From positions 1-52,330 of the forward strand of contig JAZDCZ010000038.1 in assembly GCA_036679605.1 (NCBI GenBank): a stretch of DNA of 52,330 nt. The letters are read 5' to 3'. Position 1 is the first letter of the stretch. Every line of letters starts with the position of its first letter. Under the pieces are notes generated by a model, which had not been told where the DNA came from, searched no databases, and saw only the letters and a program-made list of their open reading frames with translations. The DNA comes from Gemmatimonadota bacterium. GTDB taxonomy: Bacteria > Gemmatimonadota > Gemmatimonadetes > Gemmatimonadales > GWC2-71-9. The position numbers were made by a program, and so were the translations under genes. Positions 18,731 through 28,919 of this stretch are shown piece after piece.

Positions 18731-19552
18731 ATGACACTTCGACCGCTTCGACAGGTTTCGGTGCCTGACAGCGCCAGCAAAATTTATGACTCATGGCTCG
18801 AGGAGATTCAAGATCGTCTGGACCATCAGGACTGCGACAGATATCGACTTTGCCGTGACATCCTGTTCGACCTCTACTACCCAGGGTTGGGCGACTACGA
18901 CGAATTGGTCGAGGATCCTGTCACGCCTCTGGCTACCAAGGGAGCGCTGCTCGCACTTGATCCGCACAATATTACGCTCGAGCCCGAATACTATCGGGAC
19001 ATAGACGCCGACCGTTACCTAACCACCAAGCCGCTACTCTGGCTCTGGCAGAGCTTCGACCGCTCGCCCTTGGGAGGAGGTAACATCGATATAGCGGTAC
19101 GACTTCGGCGGATACTCGCGCGTCACATCTTTGCAAGATGTGGCGACAACTTCAAGTGTTTCCAGTTTGTCGAGTTCTCCTACGGGTACAACATGGAGGT
19201 GGGCGACGGAGTGGTGGTGCACAGACATGTACTTCTCGACGATAGGGGAGGGATAACGCTAGGTAACCGTGTGTCGATAGCAGATTATGCAAACGTGTAT
19301 AGCCATACTCACGCGTTGGCAGAGCAAGCGGACATAACCAATGTGAGGACCGTGCTGGATGATGGCGTGAGAATCACTTACCACGCTACCGTTCTGGCGG
19401 GAGTCCACATAGGTGAGGAAGCCATGGTAGGCACTGGAGCGGTCGTGACCAAGGACCTGAAGCCGTGGCACCTGTACCTTGGTGTACCGGCTAGGCCCGT
19501 ACGAGTGAAACCCAATGCGCCACCGGAAATTACCGATAGGGCTGCTAAGTAA
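18731..19552 (+). CDS. Hexapeptide-repeat (left-handed beta-helix) acyltransferase
   Basis: YGYNMEVGDGVVV, ITLGNRVSI, VLAGVHIGEEAMVGTGAVVTKD, GVPARPVR. Confidence 0.85.
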   Translation: MTLRPLRQVSVPDSASKIYDSWLEEIQDRLDHQDCDRYRLCRDILFDLYYPGLGDYDELVEDPVTPLATKGALLALDPHNITLEPEYYRDIDADRYLTTKPLLWLWQSFDRSPLGGGNIDIAVRLRRILARHIFARCGDNFKCFQFVEFSYGYNMEVGDGVVVHRHVLLDDRGGITLGNRVSIADYANVYSHTHALAEQADITNVRTVLDDGVRITYHATVLAGVHIGEEAMVGTGAVVTKDLKPWHLYLGVPARPVRVKPNAPPEITDRAAK

Positions 19553-21246
19553 TGATGGGCTGGGTGATCTTCGGCATCACGCTGATCGCTGCGGCCGGCT
19601 GGATCGGTTGGCGGATCAACGCCCGTCGGCACCTGTCCACAGCAGCCGAGCGAACACGAAGAGAACTGACAACGCGTACCAACGAGCTGTTTTCTTTTCA
19701 AGAACTCTCCTACGCCCTCTTTGAGTCACTTGAACAGGACGCAATTGCCCAACCGGCCGTCCAGTACTTAACACGATTCCTGAATGCAGATGGAGCCCTG
19801 CTGGCATTGACGTTGGATGAGGAGTCACCCCTGAGGATCGTGGCAGCCGAAGGCACTCTCGAGCTGCTGAGGGAAAAGGAGTTTTCGAGAGAAGGGGCTG
19901 GTCTCATCACGGTGGCGATGAGACAGAAACACGTTGAGATCGCCCACACCGAAGGCATGGACCGGCCCGAACTGGTCAGCGGGGTTCCTGTGGAAGTAGC
20001 GGCAGTGGTACCGCTCCGCACACATGGAACTACGTTCGGCGTCCTGGCAGCGGTACGTGACACCGCCGTTCCGTTCTCCTCTGAAGAGTTGAAACAGATC
20101 ACCACGGTCGCAACACACGCGTCCAATGCAATCGAGAATTCTCGGCTATTTGAGCTGGTCAAGACCGGCAAGGAGCAATGGGAGGCAACAGTCGATGCCT
20201 TGGCCAACGGTATGGCAGTGCTGGATGGAGAGGGCCGCATTCGCAGGGCAAATCGTGCGTTGGCTGAAATGGTAGACCAGTCGATTCCAGAAGTCATGGG
20301 CACGCAGTTGTGTGGGACACTATTCGCTGGTTCTGCTGCACTCGAGGAGCATTTCGCCTGCGCCCGACGGCACGAGGCTTGTCAGCCAATAACAGTGCGT
20401 TCGCCCCTCAAGGGACGCACTCTGAGGATTAGCGCAGCGGGAATGCCGGGCACCGGAGACGGGTGGCTAGTAGTGCAGATCGAGGACGTGACCGAAAGAG
20501 ATGCACTTGAGGCACAACTAATCCAGCAGGAGAAAATGGCCGCCGTTGGCCAACTCGTTTCCGGGGTAGCCCACGAACTCAACAACCCATTGTCCTCCAT
20601 CTCCGGATTGGCGGAGTTCTTACTGCAACACGAGGGGCCCATCGAAGCCAAAAGCAAGCACCTCAAGCTGATTCACGAACAAGCGGAGAGAGCTGGACGG
20701 ATCGTTCGCAACCTTCTCGCATTTGCCAGAAGAGGACCTGCGGAAGCCGATTATCTGGATCTCAATGAGATTGTGCGGCAAACCACACAACTCATAGACT
20801 ACGAACTCAAGCTGAGGGAGATCAAACTGGAAACTGACCTGGCAAGCGAACTGCCAACGGTACTCGGCGACCGCCACGAACTCCAACAGGTCGTCCTAAA
20901 TCTCCTCACCAACGCAATCCAGGCCGTAGACGGAAATCAGGCGGAAGAACCCAGAACCGTTCGTCTGGTCACAATGGAGGATGATGGCAGTACGGTACTA
21001 GTGGTGTCGGACACCGGCCCGGGCGTCCCCGCGGATCTGTCCTCACAGATTTTCACGCCCTTTTTCACGACCAAGAGTCAGGATCAAGGAACCGGTCTTG
21101 GTCTTTCAATCAGCTATCGGATTGTAACCAGCCACGGTGGACAACTCGAACTGTCAGAGACCGGACCGGATGGAGCCACTTTCCAGCTACGTTTGCCCGC
21201 CCGGTCGGCGGCAGAACTGCTGGAGCGCAATTCACCAGGATCTTGA
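19552..21246 (+). CDS. TM-GAF-PAS sensor histidine kinase
   Basis: H-box GVAHELNNPL, N-box QVVLNLLTNA, DTGPG, FTPFFTTK, GTGLGL. Confidence 0.92.
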   Translation: MMGWVIFGITLIAAAGWIGWRINARRHLSTAAERTRRELTTRTNELFSFQELSYALFESLEQDAIAQPAVQYLTRFLNADGALLALTLDEESPLRIVAAEGTLELLREKEFSREGAGLITVAMRQKHVEIAHTEGMDRPELVSGVPVEVAAVVPLRTHGTTFGVLAAVRDTAVPFSSEELKQITTVATHASNAIENSRLFELVKTGKEQWEATVDALANGMAVLDGEGRIRRANRALAEMVDQSIPEVMGTQLCGTLFAGSAALEEHFACARRHEACQPITVRSPLKGRTLRISAAGMPGTGDGWLVVQIEDVTERDALEAQLIQQEKMAAVGQLVSGVAHELNNPLSSISGLAEFLLQHEGPIEAKSKHLKLIHEQAERAGRIVRNLLAFARRGPAEADYLDLNEIVRQTTQLIDYELKLREIKLETDLASELPTVLGDRHELQQVVLNLLTNAIQAVDGNQAEEPRTVRLVTMEDDGSTVLVVSDTGPGVPADLSSQIFTPFFTTKSQDQGTGLGLSISYRIVTSHGGQLELSETGPDGATFQLRLPARSAAELLERNSPGS

Positions 21247-21250
21247 CGAC

Positions 21251-23506
21251 TTAAGTATCTCGCCGAACAGTGCCTCGGTTGCTCTTGCTTAGCACTCGCT
21301 GAAGCCTTGCTGACAGCGCCCGCGCCCGAAACGGCTTCGACAGAAAATCGTCTGCTCCCATCTCGAACACACGGACTTCATTTTCTTCATCCCCTTGAGC
21401 CGTGAGGACCACCACCGGAATGTCTGCGGTAGCCGGCCTCGAGCGCAGGTGTGACAGGACCCCGTAGCCGTCTAGCCCGGGGAGGTTGAGGTCCAGGACA
21501 ATGACGTCGGGAGCGTGCCGGTCGATCTGATCCAGAGCTTCGACGCCATCGCGGGCTTCCGTCACAGCGTAGCCGTCTCGCTCCAGCAGGTCGCGCATAA
21601 CTCGTCGGAGTTGGTCCTCATCGTCAACCAGCAAAACTTTAGCATCAATAATCCGCGTGGTTGGAGTCGGCTCCACCGGGTCCAGCAGCTCGAAAGACTC
21701 TCCTCCTAGGGCCACCCTACCTTCGCCCGAAACTCTCTTGTCCTGCGCGACGGCAGCAGATCCATCTTCACGCGGGGTCCCATCACCTGATGCGGCCACA
21801 CCGTGCTCGGCTTCATCGTCTTCTTGCGGAACATCCACGACGCGGAGCAATTCGTCCACAGTGGATTCGCCGCGCAGGACGTGAGACAGGCCGCTGTCCC
21901 ACAACCCGAGCATCCCGTCCGCTTTGGCCGCGTCGGCTATCCGGTCTGCTGTCGCACTAGCGCCGATTAGCCGCTCCACCTCCGGCGTCACCTTGAGAAT
22001 TTCCATTATCGAGAATCGGCCACGATAGCCGGTCATCGCGCACTCCGGACATCCCACCGCCCGATACAGCGGCGACCCTTCCGGTATCCATTTCTGGAGC
22101 TTGCGAGCAATGGGCTCGACCCAAACTTCCTTGCAAGTACCACAAAGAGTCCGCATCAGACGCTGCGCTATCACTCCCCTCAGCGCCGACGCGATCTTGA
22201 AACCCTCCAAACCGATATCGATCAGGCGTGTTACGGCATTTGCTGCATCATTTGTGTGGAGTGTCGAAAGTACCAGGTGACCCGTGAGGGATGCTTGGAT
22301 AGCGACCTGAGCGGTCTCGTTATCTCGAATCTCGCCCACCAAGACCACATCAGGGTCCTGTCGCAAGATCGACCGCAACGCTGACGCGAAAGTGAGCCCC
22401 GCTTTCGGATTTACCTGGACCTGCACAATCCCGGCCATCCGATACTCCACCGGATCCTCAACCGTTACGATGTTTACGCCCTCACTCTGGACGTGACTGA
22501 TCGCCGAATATAGGGTCGTCGTTTTGCCCGAACCCGTCGGGCCCGTCACGAGGATCACACCGTCTCGGAAATCGAGCAATTCCTTAATGCTGTCTGTCTC
22601 AGAGGTAGCAAGGCCGAGGGAGTCTAGGCTCAGAACCGATCGGGAGGAGTCGAGAATACGCACCACGATCTTCTCACCCAAAGCGGCCGGAAGAGTGGAC
22701 ACACGCAGGTCTACCGCAACTCCATTTACCGCAACTCGCGCCCGGCCGTCCTGCGGGCGTCGTCTGTCCGCGATGTCGAGTCCGGAGATAATCTTGATGC
22801 GTGAAATGAGAGGGAGTCCAGCCGCCCGAGGGATCTTCATATGCTCTCGCAGCACACCGTCTATACGATAACGGACCGAGATTCCGCCTTCTTCCGGCTC
22901 AATATGGATGTCGCTTGCTCTGGCCAGAATTCCTTCGGAGAAAATCAGGTCGACCAACCGTACGACCGGTCGCTGCGAGGCTTCTTCCTCTGATATTGAT
23001 AGTTCGTCTGCAAGATCCTGCGCGTCATCCAGTTGAGTTATCTCCGCATCCGACCCCATACCCTCAATGAGCTGCTCCAGGACATTCTCAGGTCGGTACA
23101 GTTCGTCGATTCTTTCTTGGATCTTCGACGGACTTGCGAGAACGACTCGTACCTCGCGACCGGTTGCGAATGCGAGAGTTTTCTCACAATCGAGATCGAA
23201 TGGATTAGCCGAGGCAATCTCGAGATACGAATCGGTGATTCTGAGAGGCAGGATATGATACTGGCGCGCTGCTTCTTCAGGGACCGTTTCCAAGGCGGCC
23301 CTTTCCGAGCGTCCGACATCACCCAACTTGAGACCGAATCTGCGGGAAAGCGCACTCAATAATTCTTCGTCTGTCGCGGCTTCCGCCTCTACCACTGTGT
23401 TCCACAGAGACTCGCTAGCCTGATCGCCCGTGCGAAGCTCCTCCAGCTTCTCCTCCCCGATCAATTCTTCAACCGTTGTCGCTAGCCATTCATCCCTAAA
23501 CTCCAT
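21251..23506 (-). CDS. PilB/GspE-family secretion ATPase fused to a C-terminal receiver domain
   Basis: ASDIHIEP, GPTGSGKTTT, TVEDPVEY, LRQDPDVVLVGEIRD, TGHLVLSTLHTND, CxxC pairs. C-terminal LLVDDE...VLDLNLPGLDG...LTA...KPF. Confidence 0.9.
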   Translation of the reverse strand: MEFRDEWLATTVEELIGEEKLEELRTGDQASESLWNTVVEAEAATDEELLSALSRRFGLKLGDVGRSERAALETVPEEAARQYHILPLRITDSYLEIASANPFDLDCEKTLAFATGREVRVVLASPSKIQERIDELYRPENVLEQLIEGMGSDAEITQLDDAQDLADELSISEEEASQRPVVRLVDLIFSEGILARASDIHIEPEEGGISVRYRIDGVLREHMKIPRAAGLPLISRIKIISGLDIADRRRPQDGRARVAVNGVAVDLRVSTLPAALGEKIVVRILDSSRSVLSLDSLGLATSETDSIKELLDFRDGVILVTGPTGSGKTTTLYSAISHVQSEGVNIVTVEDPVEYRMAGIVQVQVNPKAGLTFASALRSILRQDPDVVLVGEIRDNETAQVAIQASLTGHLVLSTLHTNDAANAVTRLIDIGLEGFKIASALRGVIAQRLMRTLCGTCKEVWVEPIARKLQKWIPEGSPLYRAVGCPECAMTGYRGRFSIMEILKVTPEVERLIGASATADRIADAAKADGMLGLWDSGLSHVLRGESTVDELLRVVDVPQEDDEAEHGVAASGDGTPREDGSAAVAQDKRVSGEGRVALGGESFELLDPVEPTPTTRIIDAKVLLVDDEDQLRRVMRDLLERDGYAVTEARDGVEALDQIDRHAPDVIVLDLNLPGLDGYGVLSHLRSRPATADIPVVVLTAQGDEENEVRVFEMGADDFLSKPFRARALSARLQRVLSKSNRGTVRRDT

Positions 23507-23619
23507 GTGCCCTACTCCCCTTGAGCCGATATGAGGTAACCGGAAGTAACACGGTAAGATACGGCTCTTCCCATCGGGCCGCCACCGGGCCTAACCGGCA
23601 ATCGTATCGACCGCTCGGA

Positions 23620-25668
23620 CTATAGAATGCCCCATAAGTCGCGGCGGATATCCAACGTCACTCCGAAGCTCCCGTCCCTGGGACTACTGCCAAGTTCCGA
23701 CCGTAACAATCCATGCAACCATTCCACGGCCAGGCCCAATTCCGGTCTAATCCCATTACTCGACCGCCAAGGAACGTAGTGGGAGAGCCTACCACCAGCC
23801 CAAGCCAGTTTCGCAAAGGGTGCGATGACAATCTCATCTCCGGTGGTCGCCCAGGCTCCCATGGGAACACTCACGAATGGTACTGGGATCCGCCACTCCA
23901 GGGAGCCCATGGCCATGCGACGCCCTCCCCAGATCCGAAACTGTTGGCTCACTAGGGTGCCCCTGCCGCCCAGTACGAAACTCCGATGAGCGGGCAGATC
24001 GTCGGACCCCCACCCTCCCGTGCCGCTCAAGACCGCACTCGTCATACCCAACCTCTTGCTCGCCGTCACAGAACCCACGACCCGCAGATAACTCGTTGCC
24101 TCTCCCGCACCTCCCTCCACGGTCAAACCGGCCCGGAATTTTTGACCGGCCCTGTGATCGGGTGTTCGGTGCCAGAAACTCAGGATTACCTTTCCCAAGG
24201 TTCCGTCTCCCAAGGGTGGGTTGATCCTGAACCGACCGGTGGCCGGCGACGCTCTTGTTGACACGCCGACACTGTGTTCGATCCCAAACGACAGCGCAGC
24301 CGATTGCCTCGATCCGGCATCCAACTTCAACGACACGCTGGCGGCTTCGCTCAGATAGTAGTCACCGTAATCGTTTCCCACCTCTTGAGCCAAGAGCGAG
24401 TTGAGCGCAGGAGCTATTACCGGATCATCTCCCACATCCTTGATCTCTCGTGCTGCATCAATTCCCAAAGTCACGCGGCGCACCCGCCACACGGCGGACA
24501 ATCTCGTCTTGATCCTACGGTCACTGACACCGTATCCACCCCAAAAACGAATCTCTGCCGTACCCCCTCCGGGTCTAACCACTCCTCCTCCGCCTAACGC
24601 GAGACCTTCTACCCGATTGACGTGGACGAGATCAGAGATGGACGCGGCTCCGGGACGCGCCGTCGCAAGGCCTGACAGCACCCGATCAGGGGCCAACCGT
24701 CTCACTTGGGCCCTAACTTCTGACAGATCGAACCGGGCGCTGGGGGCCATGACCGATTCGACAGCGTCCCCAATGGACTCGCCCCACTGAAACGAGTCTC
24801 GCACGGCACCGGGAGCCTCAATAATGGCGGGTCCAAGAAATGTTCTGTCTGAGATTCCGGTGTTGAACCGATAGTCGTCTATTTCCCAAGTTCCCCGTAT
24901 TATTCCCCGTGCGGGAATGTCGAGAAAGGGTGTGCGCCTGCGGATTTCTATTTCCTGCCGTCGCGGCAGCCAGAACCGGCCTTCCCAAAGCCCATTCTCC
25001 AATACAATCGTGATATCTTCAATTGTTTCATCCACATAGGAACTTCCCGTAAAGTTGAACCGAAATTGAACGAGTTCTGCTGTGTTTACGTCGATGTAGA
25101 GAGTGCCGATAATACCTGGCGCTTCTGGGTTTCTTGGCAGTGCGCGCACCTCGAACACGCGTACCGTTCGCAGTGGTAGTCGAACGGTGAGCGAGTCAAC
25201 CAGCTTGTACTCGTACAGTTCCGGCCCCAACTCAGAAAGCGGGTGCGGCACATCCCTCACTTCGCTGTTGTGACCCAGTCCGATGCGGTCACCGAAGTCA
25301 TTGGTCACGATGCCGAGGTGATCACGGTGGTAACGGATGTCGGTGGGCAAGTCTCTGCGATCGCGCCGACCGATAATCCGCTGCTTGCTCCTGTCCGGAG
25401 CCTTCCAGTAGACTTCCAGCTCCAGTTGATCGGTTTTGACCAACTTCGGCGGTTCAGAAAGTCGATCACCGAGTTGTCCCAGAAAGAATACGAACCCGTG
25501 TGCACGAGCCCGATAATCCCTGAGACCAGTGTCAGCCTGTATGGACGCACGCTGTGCGATGGCCCGCCGCACCAACGTCATCGTGACATCACTATTCCAC
25601 TCCTGTGCAGGCAAAGCCGTGGGAGTCACGACTGCAATCGCAAGAAGTTGCAGGTTGCGCAGTCTCAT
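23620..25668 (-). CDS. Exported hypothetical protein, probably with a C-terminal outer-membrane beta-barrel
   Basis: Signal-like N-terminus and alternating amphipathic strands in the C-terminal half; no family recognised with certainty. Confidence 0.55.
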   Translation of the reverse strand: MRLRNLQLLAIAVVTPTALPAQEWNSDVTMTLVRRAIAQRASIQADTGLRDYRARAHGFVFFLGQLGDRLSEPPKLVKTDQLELEVYWKAPDRSKQRIIGRRDRRDLPTDIRYHRDHLGIVTNDFGDRIGLGHNSEVRDVPHPLSELGPELYEYKLVDSLTVRLPLRTVRVFEVRALPRNPEAPGIIGTLYIDVNTAELVQFRFNFTGSSYVDETIEDITIVLENGLWEGRFWLPRRQEIEIRRRTPFLDIPARGIIRGTWEIDDYRFNTGISDRTFLGPAIIEAPGAVRDSFQWGESIGDAVESVMAPSARFDLSEVRAQVRRLAPDRVLSGLATARPGAASISDLVHVNRVEGLALGGGGVVRPGGGTAEIRFWGGYGVSDRRIKTRLSAVWRVRRVTLGIDAAREIKDVGDDPVIAPALNSLLAQEVGNDYGDYYLSEAASVSLKLDAGSRQSAALSFGIEHSVGVSTRASPATGRFRINPPLGDGTLGKVILSFWHRTPDHRAGQKFRAGLTVEGGAGEATSYLRVVGSVTASKRLGMTSAVLSGTGGWGSDDLPAHRSFVLGGRGTLVSQQFRIWGGRRMAMGSLEWRIPVPFVSVPMGAWATTGDEIVIAPFAKLAWAGGRLSHYVPWRSSNGIRPELGLAVEWLHGLLRSELGSSPRDGSFGVTLDIRRDLWGIL

Positions 25669-25742
25669 CGTCGCCCAATATCGAGGAAGCTCATTCTCAC
25701 GGCAAGCCTCTTCCTCGCACCTTGCTCACCGGCGGCAGTCCA

Positions 25743-27236
25743 ATGATCGAGTCCACGACCTTCTCGCGATACTGCGAACTCGCCAAGGCCGGCGGGATCG
25801 TTCCAGTTGTGCACGAACTAGCGGCAGATACCCTTACACCAGTCACAGCCTACGCGGCCATAGCCCGCCCCCCATTCGGCTTCATCCTAGAATCACTGGT
25901 AGGAGGTGAACGTTGGGCACGCTATACGTTTCTCGGAACAGATCCGCGCGAAGCGTGGAGGTATGGTCACGGTATGAAGGAGCAATGGACTCCTGGCGCC
26001 GGGTGGAAATCCATGGGAGACTGTCCTGATCCTTTGACGCACATCGGGACGATCTTGCGGGGAATGCCGGCTATCAAAGTCGAAGGGCTGCCGCGATTCG
26101 TTGGTGGGGCGGTGGGATACCTGGGGTACGACGTCGTTCGCTCGACCGCCGCACTTCCGGGTGGTCCCGAGGACGATCTGCAACTGCCAGATGCTGCTTT
26201 CATGATCGCAGACAATCTCGTGATAATAGACAATGCGTTCGGTCGCGCGATCGTCGTTGCAAACACCCAAGTCGCGTCCAATCCATCACCAACCGACCTT
26301 CGACATTCCTACCAGGACGCCGAAGACCGTATAGCAGTGCAACTCAAGCGCCTCCGCACCCCGCCCGTGTTGAAGCCTATCTCGCTGGATGACGTTCCTC
26401 TCCTCGACACCGAGAGTGCGTACCCTCGTGAATCATTCATGCGAGATGTTGGCCGCATCAAGGAGCATATTGCCGCGGGTGACGTGTATCAGGCGGTCTT
26501 GTCTCGGCGACAGGACGTGCAGTTTCAGGCTGACCACCTGGACGTGTACCGGGCCCTTCGCGTACTCAATCCGGCACCCTACCTCTATTTCTTGGCGCTC
26601 GATGATATCTCCATTGCAGGGAGTTCGCCGGAAGTGCTGGTACGCGTGGAGGACAACGAGATTACAGTGAGACCGATCGCCGGAACCCGGTCTCGCGGGT
26701 CAACGCCTGACGAAGACACCCGACTCGGGCAAGAGCTTCTTTGCGACGAAAAGGAGCTTGCCGAACACACCATGTTGGTCGACCTTGGGCGCAACGATGT
26801 TGGCAAAGTCGCTACATTTGGATCGGTTCACCTCACTGTAGACAAGGTGATTGAGCGATACTCACATGTCCAGCACATTGTCAGTGAGGTGCGTGGTAGT
26901 CTCAGGCCCGAATGCGACGCCATAGACGCCTTACGCTCATGCTTTCCTGCAGGCACCGTATCGGGCGCACCCAAGCTCAGGTCGATGCAAATTCTTGATG
27001 GCATGGAACCGACACGTCGCGGACCTTATTCCGGTGCGATTTGCCACATTGGCTGGGGAGGCGCAAACCTCGACACCGCAATAACGATTCGCACAGCGGT
27101 GCTGAGAAAACAGACTGCCTACGTGCAGGCGGGAGCCGGTATTGTGGCCGACAGTGACCCAGCCCGAGAGTTCGACGAGACGGAGAAGAAGGCGCGTGCG
27201 GTGCTCCGAGCGCTGGCCCTGGCATCGCGCCGTTAG
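25743..27236 (+). CDS. trpE: Anthranilate synthase component I
   Basis: FILES...ERWARYTF, GDVYQAVLS, NPAPY, SSPEVL, PIAGTRSRG, KELAEHTMLVDLGRND, QAGAGIVADS. Confidence 0.9.
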   Translation: MIESTTFSRYCELAKAGGIVPVVHELAADTLTPVTAYAAIARPPFGFILESLVGGERWARYTFLGTDPREAWRYGHGMKEQWTPGAGWKSMGDCPDPLTHIGTILRGMPAIKVEGLPRFVGGAVGYLGYDVVRSTAALPGGPEDDLQLPDAAFMIADNLVIIDNAFGRAIVVANTQVASNPSPTDLRHSYQDAEDRIAVQLKRLRTPPVLKPISLDDVPLLDTESAYPRESFMRDVGRIKEHIAAGDVYQAVLSRRQDVQFQADHLDVYRALRVLNPAPYLYFLALDDISIAGSSPEVLVRVEDNEITVRPIAGTRSRGSTPDEDTRLGQELLCDEKELAEHTMLVDLGRNDVGKVATFGSVHLTVDKVIERYSHVQHIVSEVRGSLRPECDAIDALRSCFPAGTVSGAPKLRSMQILDGMEPTRRGPYSGAICHIGWGGANLDTAITIRTAVLRKQTAYVQAGAGIVADSDPAREFDETEKKARAVLRALALASRR

Positions 27237-27287
27237 CCAAGGTGCCCTACCGCAGATATATTCTCCTGACTTGCAAGGAACCTTGAC

Positions 27288-28919
27288 TTGAACGCATTCA
27301 AACTGCTGAGCACTACAGGCGACCAGTCGGTCGACCTGAAGGAGGGCAAGACGATACTCGTCGGCCGTGCCGTGACGAGCGATTTGCCCATCTACGATCC
27401 GACGGTCTCTCGGCATCATGCAGAGGTGACGATCAGCGGTAGCGGCGCTGGCATAAAGGATCTCGGGTCGAGCAATGGCACGTTCGTCAACGGGGGCCAA
27501 ATTCAGGAGGCGGTGGCTGAGAACGGTGATATCGTCACGTTCGGGCGGGTCGCTTTCAGGCTCATAGAGGTAACGCCGCAAGCCGTTGCAGCTGTTGCGC
27601 CCGATCCAGAGTTCGAACAACCTCCCCCAGGCGCCACGATAGTGAAGCAGGTCGCGGTTTCGGATTCAGGCGGGATCGAGGAGCAAGTCGCGAAGCGACC
27701 CAGTGTCGGGTCACAACTCAAGGTCGAAGGCGAGACACAGGAGGAGCGACAGGCACGTAAGCTCTCGCTGCTACTGGAAATATCCCAGGCTCTGTCGCGA
27801 CAGCAGGAAGTTGACAAGCTTCTGGAGAAAATTGTCGATATCACATTCAAGGTCATGAATGTCGACAGGGTATCAATTCTGATGGTAGAGGGCGAAACCC
27901 AGGAGTTGATCCCGCGCGTCTCGAAGAACCGGTTGGGCGGAGCCGGAGAACACCGACACGTGCCGCAGTCAATCGCACGACGTGCTGTCTCCGAGCGACT
28001 AGCCATTCTGACCGATAACGCAGCCGCTGACGATCGTTTCAGTGGCAAATCGATCGTTGTTCAGAGTGTCCGAAGTGCGATGTGCACTCCGATGCTCAAG
28101 AGTCGCGAGCATAGCCGTAAGGGTGGCGGAGAAGTGCTCGGCATTATTTACGTCGACAGTCAAACGGCGACAGAAGCGTTCAACGATGAAGATCTCGAGT
28201 TCCTCATTGCGTTCTCCGGGATCGCAGCGGTCGCGATCGAGAACAGCCAGCTGACCGATCAAATCCAACGGGAAGCCGTCGTTCTGTCGAATTTTCAACG
28301 GTATTTTGCTCCGAACCTGGCCGAGCAGATCGCTGGTCAGGAAGGAGCCGTTCAGCTCGGCGGGTCAAAGCGAGCCGTAGTCGTGTTCTTTAGCGACATT
28401 CGCGGGTTCACCTCGATGTCGGAGCGGATGGGTCCAGACGATATTGCGACTTTGCTGAACGAGTACTTCACGGAAATGGTGGAGATCGTATTCGAGCACG
28501 GTGGAACGCTGGACAAATTCATGGGCGACGCGATCATGGCACTTTGGGGCGCTCCACTAGCACAGGAGGACGACGCAGATCGTGCGATGCGGGCTGCCAT
28601 CGACATGCAGAGCGTGTTGGCAAAACTGAACGTGAAGTGGGCGGCGGAGGGCCGTGAGCGCGTAGAAATTGGAATTGGTGTTGACCTGGACGACGTCTTT
28701 GCCGGTAACATCGGTAGCGATTTACGACTGGAGTACACGGTCATCGGCGACGCGGTCAACACGGCGTCTCGACTGTGTTCCAAAGCTGGACCGGGCGAGA
28801 TCATCCTTTCCCAGCGGTTCTTCGACCACCTCAAGAAACCGCCAGCCGTAGAGGAACTGGAAGCCCTGCAACTAAAGGGCAAAGCAAAGGACGTTTCGGT
28901 CTACCGAGTGAAGCGATAA
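27288..28919 (+). CDS. FHA-GAF-class III adenylate/guanylate cyclase
   Basis: FHA: VGR...VSRHHA...DLGSSNGTFVNG. Cyclase: FSDIRGFT, DKFMGDAIMA, EYTVIGDAVNTASRL. Confidence 0.9.
   Translation: MNAFKLLSTTGDQSVDLKEGKTILVGRAVTSDLPIYDPTVSRHHAEVTISGSGAGIKDLGSSNGTFVNGGQIQEAVAENGDIVTFGRVAFRLIEVTPQAVAAVAPDPEFEQPPPGATIVKQVAVSDSGGIEEQVAKRPSVGSQLKVEGETQEERQARKLSLLLEISQALSRQQEVDKLLEKIVDITFKVMNVDRVSILMVEGETQELIPRVSKNRLGGAGEHRHVPQSIARRAVSERLAILTDNAAADDRFSGKSIVVQSVRSAMCTPMLKSREHSRKGGGEVLGIIYVDSQTATEAFNDEDLEFLIAFSGIAAVAIENSQLTDQIQREAVVLSNFQRYFAPNLAEQIAGQEGAVQLGGSKRAVVVFFSDIRGFTSMSERMGPDDIATLLNEYFTEMVEIVFEHGGTLDKFMGDAIMALWGAPLAQEDDADRAMRAAIDMQSVLAKLNVKWAAEGRERVEIGIGVDLDDVFAGNIGSDLRLEYTVIGDAVNTASRLCSKAGPGEIILSQRFFDHLKKPPAVEELEALQLKGKAKDVSVYRVKR

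Noticed and set aside
25743..27236. trpE without adjacent trpG as an unusual pathway
   Set aside because: Dispersed trp genes are common; nothing here indicates a secondary-metabolite role.
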